Source of the DNA: Cenococcum geophilum
Lineage: Eukaryota
Direction: 5' to 3'
Assembly (NCBI GenBank): GCA_050273025.1
Contig: CP158635.1
Span: 7,006,001-7,070,000 of the forward strand
DNA length: 64,000 nt
Numbering within the stretch: the stretch's first letter is position 1; every line of letters begins with the position of its first letter. Shown here one piece after another: positions 55,201 to 64,000 of the stretch. The position numbers and the translations under genes are program-made. The notes beneath the pieces were generated by a model, which searched no databases, was not told the origin of the DNA, and saw nothing but the letters and a program-made list of their open reading frames with translations.

Positions 55201-57153
55201 TATCCTACTTCTCTTACATCTCGTAAAGCAATAGACATTATATCTAGTGGGGTTTCGATCCCTACTAATATTCCTTATTCTATACTAGAATTATCCTCTA
55301 CCTCTGGTATAATATCTCTAAGGTCTACTCGCTTTTAGTAAGCGGCCCTTATTGCCTTATTATTACGGAATGTTTCGCCTAGGTTAAATTTATCGTCCTT
55401 AATATCTAATCTGCGAACTAGTTCGTTAGTTCCTTTGCATTTTATAGGTACTAGCTCTTATAGCTAATAGCTTACGCCATACTTAGCGTCCTTATAAATT
55501 CGGCATACGTTATTATAATAAAATGTAAAACTTCTAATTAAACATTCTTTTGTTCCTCGCAGTATATTATTATCCCTTTATACGTATATATCGTCTACTA
55601 GTCTTATGCCTTTTACTATATAGTGACTCTACCTACTTCTATAGTCTCTAATATAATAACCCTATTTTCTGTAATTTATGTAAGCTCCTTCTTTAAACCA
55701 TTTTTCTTACTATAGAGTCCGCCTAAATGTCTTCTACTATTAAGATCCCTAATTTGGCCTCTACTCCTTAGACCTTTAATTACTTAATCCTTATCCTTTA
55801 AGTTTTTATAGTTTGCTCCCTCTTTTATAGGCTTCTTTAGTACCACTTAGGTCTATTAGCTCTGCGCCATACCATAGTTTCTAACTTAGCTTTTGTTATT
55901 ACGTACTTTGCGCCTTATATAACTATAGAACTCTATCCTAGCCTCTTTTAGCCTGTTCCCTCTAGTAGATTTAATTATTAATCTTAATTACCTAATCTAT
56001 TAGTTCCTTTAGGGTATCCGCATCTTCTATTAGGATAATTACATCCTAGACTTTAGCCTTAAGTCCCTATTTATACTATGCCATAAGCGCCCTATTATTC
56101 CACTCTACTTATATTACTAGTGTCTAGAACTATATTATATACTTAATTATTAAAGTTTATTACACAAGGTTCTGGAGTTTTTTTTCTGCTATAGTTATTT
56201 CTTCTAGGTTTCTAAATATCTGCGTTAGTTGTTCTGCGAATCCTTTCTAACTTAAGAATATAAATTGCACGTCTTAGTTAGTGGTCGTTATTCCGTTTAC
56301 CTATATCTCTATAAGGTAAGGTTTAAACCACTTAAGTGCTTTTCCTAATAAGAATAGTCCTATATAGGCTATCTGATCCACAGGCGTAGGTAACTTTGCT
56401 CCCTCTTATAAGACCTTAAAATGCATCTATATAAGGAATCTTTTAAGCTTTAACCTCTTTCCTGTAAATCTCTTAATTAATAGTAGCTTAATCTTTACTG
56501 CTCCTATCCTATTAAGTCTTTCTTCCAATACTATATTATTAGCTATTAGCTAGTTAACTATTTCCTATAGCTGTCTAACCGTCACAGGTTGCTGTAAGTC
56601 AGTATCTGCTATACTGGTGTTACCTCCTGTCCTTAAAGTAGTTGCTGCCGTTAATGGCGTTGTGGTGGCTGCTTTTAGTAGCATATTATTCGACTTCTTA
56701 TATTAATACCGTAACTAGGTAGTGATTATATAACGGAACCTTATAGTAAGAACTACGGTGGGCTTGTTATTGGGCTAGGTGTATAGGAAATGTAAGTATA
56801 AAAGTTAACAACGTAATAACAACTGGTGGAGTGGTTACCTAACAGATTAACTTTAATTGTATTCTAAGAATTACTATAAGAAAGGAACTATTTAGGTAGG
56901 GACTAAGGGTCCTTAAATACATAACCGTACTCCTAAGAAAGTTATTACTCTGTCTGCTCTGTCTGCTCTATTTGCTCTGCGATAGATCTTATAGATTATA
57001 CAGATTATACAGATCACATCACGTAACTCTGCTTACTATTCCTTGTTATATGGTTCCATGGGTTTTATCCTGGACCGTGCTTATATTAACCAACTAGCTT
57101 CTTCTAACTCCTCTCTAAGTAGTTATAACATTGTACTTAAAGCGTTTGTAACA
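49203..57153 (-). mobile_element. Full-length RIP-inactivated Ty3/Gypsy chromovirus
   Basis: 425-bp LTRs at 49203-49627 and 56729-57153 (outer ends TG..CA). TSD AATAC/AATAT. RT motif FVIVYFNNIIIY (YxDD after RIP), integrase, and chromodomain YKVKWIGYTKTT*ELLENLKNA. Confidence 0.93.
49736..50430 (+). pseudogene. Antisense extra ORF of the Gypsy element: Zn(II)2Cys6-like motif, probable intron and coiled coil (RIP-damaged)
   Basis: MPKAPSS..PCSYYIKEGLVYITLASPLSR*PSSYLKYTKANIQLSC, with TAT/TAC at the Cys positions. Acceptor TTTTAG at ~50019 is followed by a helical EAERLKGNLAAALAEA segment. The end is approximate. Confidence 0.6.
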
Positions 57154-57162
57154 AATATGTTA

Positions 57163-57995
57163 TATATAATCTAAAAATAAATCTAAAAAAAGCTAAAAGA
57201 AATGTTAAGGAGTATTATTAAAAAGGTAGTTAAATAATTAAAAAAAATTAGTAAAATATAAACTACTTAAAGAGGATATAGAACGAATATCTACGAAGGT
57301 ATAGAGAGTTATTTTCTTCTCTACTTTAATAGAATTCATTCTTTTATTACTTAGTTGCTAAAGACCTTATTAAACTAAATGGTACTTCTTTAAACGAACC
57401 TTCTTGTAGACTTTTTTAAAACGCTGAAGATAAGTATAGGTAAAGGAACGTGCTTTAAAGGCCTAGTACTCTTCTTTATAGATATAATGTTTAACCTTCT
57501 AGAGGCGGTAGATCTTAATAAGGATAGCTAAAAGTTTACCGTTAAGCTTTGTAGTAGTAAATTAAACCTAAAACCTTAGAATAAATTAGATAAGAAACTA
57601 GAAGACTTTAAAGAATAATATAACGCGCATATTTTATATTAAAAGTGGGAACGAATATTATAGAACGATTAAATATTTACTTTAATATACTCTAAATAAG
57701 AGGAAGATTTACGACTAAACGGAGCTATAATTATAATATAGACTAATCTTTCTTTTAAATAGTACGAATATGGAGATATAAATTTTACTAAGTAATAATA
57801 TTATAGTAAATAGTACGTATATAACGTTGCGCTTATATAAAGGGAGGTTACTTATGTATAATGAGTAATAAAGAAAACTAAATTAAATTAGAGAATACTA
57901 TACCTCTAATTAATAATTTAAAGATATAGAATATCTCTAAGGATAAAGTTAGAGAGGAGGGGGATAGTATTATAGACTTTATATTAGTAACGTTA
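57163..57995 (+). mobile_element. Host Gypsy relic, right part (chromodomain end, antisense ORF, PPT, truncated LTR start)
   Basis: GAGAGGAGGGGGATAG followed by TATTATAGACTTTATATT matches the PPT/LTR start at 325-358. An antisense Cys-motif copy lies at ~57650-57780. Confidence 0.7.
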
Positions 57996-58101
57996 TACCA
58001 TTTCCGATGAATGAGTGCATACCAAGGCCTATATTGTTGAGTCCCTGGTGTCAGGGAACGAATTACTCTCGTGGATGACAAGGGAAATACAGCTTAACTC
58101 T

Positions 58102-61100
58102 CTACAAACCCTTCTCAACATCCCTCCGCATTCTGAATCCCGTGCTCCCATTTACACCACTTAGTTTCCTCGCGGCCGTGCCCGATGTCCCTCTCGATGT
58201 CACGGGGTTCAGATGCCCTCCTGTCCACTCCGTCTCCACACTCTTCCTTCCTACTCCGCTTCTGGCAATGCTGATCGCCTGGTCCAGCCCGAGCAGACCT
58301 AGCATCCTCTCACCTTCCTCGTTTTGGCCTTCTCTATTCCCTCCCTTTCGTCCCCGTTGCCTCCACCGCCTCCTTACCTCCCGGAAAAAATCTCCGATAT
58401 CATCTAGCAATAAGGCGATAAGAATCATTGGTATCGAAACGGCAAATCCAATTCCAAACATGTATTTCGAAACATATGAAAGCGGAAGTGAGGTGCTGCC
58501 ATCATTTGCACGAGGGAATTCGCGAACGTTTATCGCGAAGAATGCCGCGATGAAACTGAGAGGTAGAAAAACAATCGTCACAATTGTGAAGACCATTATA
58601 GTTTGGGATTGCCTCGCGGTGCCGGCAGCTTGGTCACGAGTGAATCGAGCTTCGAATGCGTTTGCGTGTTTTTGTTTGAGATCGAGCAAGTCTGTGATGG
58701 AGGAGTAGATACGCTCCGCTTGCTTGTCCATGCGGTCTATGTCTTTTATATGCATTTCTATGGTCTTGAGCTGGTCGCGGAACCGCTTCTTGACTTCTTG
58801 CTGAGAGCGACGCTCCTCCTGGTAAATGTCGCAAATAGCGGATTCGAGGTCTGGGAGTACTTGCCGCTGGTCCTCCAGCACCTTTGCGATCATGTTCAAT
58901 TCGTCCCGGATGTCTTTGGTTTCGGTAAGAAGGTCAGTCTCTTGGCCGATATCGAGGAGGTTATCAAGAAATATTGGGTCTTCATATTTGAATTTCTCTT
59001 CTCGTACATCGAGATCAGCATCCTTCGATTTCTTTTTAGCGTTATGTTCGAGGTTTCGGGACGCGTATTCGAAGTGACGGCTGAAGCGGGTTGAGCGCCG
59101 ATGATGTTGTAGCCAGGCTGATGCCTGCACAGAGGCAGCATTGAATTCCTTGAAGAGCACAGTCTCGCGATCAGTTGCGCTACCAATACTAGACTCGAAC
59201 ATGTCAAGAAATTGGTACTCTTCTTCGCTAGTGTAATGATGGCCGAAAACACCCGAGCAGCGGCCCGTGATGAGCAGGGAGAGGTCGTGAACGGATTTGA
59301 CTGATTCGCGGGTCTTGGAGTTGATATCTTCAATGATTCCATCTAGGACATTCAAAGGATCGTTCTTCGGCTGTTGCCAGCGCTGCGGAAAGCTTGTTAC
59401 GATGAGGTCCTTGCCTAGTATCCACATCCAAAGCTGGTCCACCATAAAAATTTTGGGGTCGATATCGGTCTCGTCAGGGTCTATTCCTTTGGTTTGATAA
59501 CGATATACAACCTGATCCTGATCCCGGCTTTGGGTGTCAATGTTATGATAAAAGAACTGGTCCAACGTGCGTCGAACATGCAGTGACACACTCGATGTAG
59601 CGAGATGCGCCCGAAGCAACATTTCGTCGTATGTTCTGGCCTTCGTTAGGTTGGGACGGAATTGGGCCTTCATACTTTCGGCCCTCCTGATGGCGTCCTG
59701 CATTTCTTGACGGCGACGGTCGGTTTCAAAATGTAGATATGGCATGAAGGTGTAGATATTACCCTTTGCCGTCTGAAGGGGGTCTTTACGCCCGGGAGAA
59801 CCAGGCGAGCGGACGTTTCGGCCGTCGAGAAATTGACTGAATTTGCGTTGCTCATCCCTATTTCGGGTGCCTGGTCCGTGTTTATTGTTTTTAGTAACTT
59901 TGTTAGCCGTCTTCTTCCCTTTATCCTTCTGTGGCCCTTTTGTGCCATCTTTCCGACCAGAATGACCCGAGGATTTAGACCAATCGCTCTTCTCTTCGCC
60001 AGAAGTGTATGCCTTTGCTGGGGTCTTAGGTGGGGCTTCATCTTTGGGGTGTGGAGTCTCACTAATGACAATCCGGGGCGGTCCTTGCTCTGCTGGGATT
60101 TCTGGAAGTTCGTCCTCCGGAAGCCTTGGTGTTCGTGGCGTGCTTTGACAGATAGGCCTCATAAAATGGGAGTGAGTTTGCTTGCCTCGATGCTGATGGC
60201 TGAAGGATCGTTCTAGGGCTTTAAAGCTTTCTACATCACCGGCGCCTTCTTCAATGAATGCCTTTGTGAGCAGTGCCTCTACCCAAGTCATGTTGTTTGC
60301 TGGGAGATGAATCCACCTAAAATTAGTAGATTTGTTGTGTTTCGGAAGGACAGTAATGGCGGGTTTCTGTGTGTTGACAAGGCCACGTCCATACAGAAGC
60401 TCTGGCTTAATTGTCAGCGTTGAGCCCGGACAAAGAATTGTTAAGACGCACCGTATACTGTCCGTCTCTTGACTCGATTTCCGTTGTGGAAATCTCCAAA
60501 ATCAACAATGGTGGCATTGAAACCATTGCATGCTCCAAGAGCGTCTTCCGAGAGGACTTCTACATTATTGAACGGAGCTAGAAGGTCGACAATATCCTTC
60601 CGTCTATTTTGGGCTGCTCGTAGGAAGGGGGTGCTGCCGAAGGCGTCTCGAGTAGCTCTCTTAATATCTTTGCGTGCAAGAAGGCATTTCACTATTTCTG
60701 AGTGGCCTCCTTGGGCACAGAGATGAAGAGGGGTCATTCCATTGAGGAGCCTCGCATTAGGGTCCGCGCCTGCTTTCAGGAGAAGACGTACAACTTTCTC
60801 TGAGGCCTTCTCACAGGCATTGTGTAGTGGTGTCCACGATCCATCGCTTTTCGCGTTAACATTCGCCCCACATTTAAGAAGCATCGCTACAATATCATCC
60901 CTATCATGTGCTGCGGCGAGGTGGAGACTGGTTTTCTCCCGTATCTCTACTGCGCCAATGTCAGCTCTTGGACCTCTCGGCCTGTTGAGCAGCATCTCAG
61001 CGAGGTCTATCTTCCCAGTCGCACATGCCCAATGCAACGGCGAGCGTTTCAGCTCGTCCTCGCCTTCTGGTCCATCAATATGAATATTAGACGATAGCAA

Positions 61101-61622
61101 TAGATCAATGACGTCTCTTCCCCATTCACATTTCTTGTCCGCGGCTAGATTATGTAAGACATTCCGCCCCCTAACGTCCTTGGCATTGACATCTGCTCCC
61201 TTTGTAAGCAACAGATTCAAAATGTGCCAGTGATTCTTCCACGCCGCTGTCATAAGGATTGTCCTGCCTTGCTTGTCCGCTGTATTTGGGTCTGCACCAT
61301 GTTCTAGCAGTAATTGTACGATCCCGACGTGGTTCTTCTCCACTGCCTTCAGCAACGGTGAGAGCCGATTCCCAGCGGCTCCGTCCGGTCTCGCGCCCTG
61401 TTTCAAAAGGTATCGCGTTGCGTTAATCTTTCCTTTCTCCGAACTACGCATCATAGCAATGCGCAGGAAGTTGTCGTTCAACTGGCCCTTCTCCTTTGCT
61501 GTTTCGATGATTTGCCGCAGTACCTCCGTGTCATCCTCCTCTGCTGCGCGCAGTAATCGCGGTTCCAGGCGTTCATGGTGATCGCTTGCGCCATCACTTG
61601 ATCTCGAAAGTGATCGAGGCAT
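58102..61622 (-). CDS. Ankyrin-repeat protein with C-terminal CorA-like helical bundle and 2 TM segments (intron ~60403-60451)
   Basis: Multiple ankyrin repeats (SPLHWAC, TSLHLAA, TPLHNAC, TPLHLCA), WIHLPANNMTWVE, MPYLHFE, LHVRRTLDQFFY, MVDQLWMW, and FTIVTIVFLPLSFIAAFFAIN. Confidence 0.9.
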
Positions 61623-63644
61623 TATAGAGAGAACATGTCTTTACGGTGCCGGGGTGACGTTTGGTTAAATTCACCGAAGCCGAACATCGAGGTAGAGGGG
61701 AGAGGTGGCTGTGGACGTGCGCGAGATTGCGGTTCGCGCGAGGTATAGGAGACGTGAATAGGATCCGGCCGCAATAGAGTATCGATTGAAGAATCTCGGT
61801 GAAAAACATTATGACTGTTGCACCATGTGCTCCTAAGAAGTCTGCGCCGAGAGCTGACTGCAGGATTGTAATGTTATTAGGATGGTTTTGTCACATCTGT
61901 AATTTTCGCCGCCATCTTTGGAATTCACCAGAACACAACTTTGAATAAGCAGATAAGCAAATTCCCAATCATAAAAGCGTATGAAGACTCTTTTTATTCT
62001 GGTTCCTCCAACGATCTCATCTTACAATAAGCTATGCTTCAGTCGGTCGTCCCACTACCATTTTTGCGAGCTTAAACGAGACTGGGAAGGTGATTGCAGA
62101 TCTGTTGATCTTCAAGCTCAAATTTTACCCCTCAAATAAAGCATGGCTGAGCTAAGCAAAGCTGGCAACCTAGGTTTCGCCATACGGAATACATCTCCCT
62201 AAAATTCCTCTCTATTCTTATTGATAATATTCTCAGATCTACCCAGAGACTTGCTTATCCCTTAACCCGTTAGGGTCCTTAGAGAATTCGCTACTGGATT
62301 TAATTGGGGGTTCTTCGATTGGCTAGTCCCTTATCCAAATCAACGGGTTAAGGCATACCCTTTGTGCCTTGCATCATAAGATGTTGGTAGGGGGGGCATC
62401 CACAGGAGCTTCCTTGGGTCACGTGATCATCGCTTAGCTAGTATATAGAGTCGTCCCGAAGGGACGACTCCACCTTATGGAGTCCACACTTTCATACACC
62501 TGCATTCCCGTGCGACATAAGATAATAAAATGTGGCCCGTGCACGGGGCCAAGAGAACAACTTGCTCGTGTCAAGTATATAGTTACAGGCAAAACTCCTT
62601 AGTACGATATGGGTTTTGGCGCCGAATGTATCGTAATACCAATATCAAGAGTCACGTGTAGGGTGAATAAGCAGTAAAACTTCAATAAAAAGTGGATCTT
62701 AAAGCCTAAAGGGCTAGATATACCCCCTTCCCATACAACTAGTTATACCGATATTGGTGGTAGAGCTTAACGATATCGTTAAAAGTCAGATTATCGTTAG
62801 TTACACCAAAAAAGGCTTAATTAGGGCGTGTAGATCGTAATAAGGAGTTTTGCCTGTAGTATCTATCACATCGTAACCGCGCCAAACGACCCCCCCCCCG
62901 CGATACCAGACACGAAGCTATACTTTTTTCTTCCTCCACGTGATATCTTACATGTAGAGTGTAGCTTTGGCCTAGAAGAGAACTCTATATTTTTATAAGG
63001 CTGTTACGTGCTATAGACTCTACTAGATATACTAGGGGTAGAGAAGCGTTATATAGCTTGAAGTAGTAGTATATTATCACGTGCGATATCCCGGGGTAGC
63101 CTTACAACGAGCTCAACGAGCCCTACGACGGGCCGGAGGAGCACCAAACTTTAGCTCTGGATTGGTGGTAGAGCTCACCCACCTGGTGGGTAAACTGAAC
63201 CACTAATCCACCTGCTTGGAGGAAGCAGGGGGGTGGCAGGGGTAGGATCAAGCGCCTTGCCCACTCGGGCAGGTGGTGTAGTGGGTGGTCCTCAAAAAAA
63301 AAGGGTCTAATGTCGGTTAACAGACCAAGAATAATGCTTGGAGAACTCCAGGACAGTCATTTGATGAGACCCACCAAGGAGGATTGTTTCAGATTGTCAG
63401 GAACTGCTCGTTCATGGTAACCTTGATGGAAAAAGGAAGGAAAGAAAGACGTTAGAATAAAATTGCTTGGCATGGCTTCTAGCGAATCACGTCGTGATCG
63501 CGCCGCAACAAGCGCGCTCCTGCATTCACGCCTCAATAGCCGCTCATATACCATAGCTCAGCGTTGCTGCTCCTTCCCACTTATGCCAATATTTCGCTCC
63601 TCCCACAACGTCGATAAACCTTTATTGTTTTTACCTTTCTCATC

Positions 63645-64000
63645 ATGCCTTACACACCGAACAATGACTGCGACAACCAGTGCGCTAATATTCCTTTTCA
63701 AAACTGGGCGACAGACTTAGCAATTCCGCCAACGCCCCCCCCACTTCCAAGAAGCGCAAAGCCAAAGTCTTTAATTCCTCAACCGCCTACGCTTCCGCCA
63801 AACGCTTTCCGGTCCATCAGTAACTCCGCCTTCTTGCAGGTTATAACCGCAGCGAATGCGTCTAACAAGCAAGACTACACTAAATCGCCTTTTCGGCCCT
63901 GTCATCTGTTTTTCTATGGCTCCTTGATGGATCCAGAAGTTCTCCAAGCCGTTCTGGGGCTTCCCGAAATTCCCGCAGTTAAATGTGCGAGTATTACCGG
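63645..64000 (+). CDS. AIG2-like / gamma-glutamylcyclotransferase-fold protein (5' part, runs off the window)
   Basis: Open frame from ATG 63645 containing HLFFYGSLMDPEVLQAVL. Confidence 0.75.
   Translation, partial: MPYTPNNDCDNQCANIPFQNWATDLAIPPTPPPLPRSAKPKSLIPQPPTLPPNAFRSISNSAFLQVITAANASNKQDYTKSPFRPCHLFFYGSLMDPEVLQAVLGLPEIPAVKCASIT

Overview
Eukaryotic DNA from a filamentous ascomycete. Evidence: short GT-AG introns with CTRAC/CTAAT branch sites, and AT-rich TpA-saturated blocks with the signature of repeat-induced point mutation (RIP). Two RIP-degraded transposon blocks (~1-6250 and ~42390-57995) flank a gene-bearing core: aquaporin, KCH1-like K+ transporter, BiP/KAR2, old-yellow-enzyme oxidoreductase, cytochrome P450, LAMTOR1/Ego1-like protein, a ~1700-aa secreted Ser/Thr-rich protein and a small Cys-rich protein. 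The core also holds gene relics and MITEs. An ankyrin-CorA-like gene and the start of an AIG2/GGCT-like gene lie to the right of the second block. That block resolves into a nest: an old Gypsy contains a Helitron and a MITE, the MITE is hit by a full-length chromoviral Gypsy, and the Helitron is hit by a 1-kb non-coding retroposon. Main observations: (1) the 1-kb retroposon has a 17-bp target-site duplication, a LINE-like (TAC)n tail and, exactly at its 5' end, an 85-nt sequence that folds by hand as an HDV-like self-cleaving ribozyme with a compensatory P1.1 variant; (2) three related Gypsy copies carry an antisense ORF with a RIP-masked Zn(II)2Cys6-like motif between chromodomain and 3' LTR; (3) one BiP intron holds a long G-U-rich RNA hairpin with an alternative pairing. 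All calls are by eye, and no searches were run.
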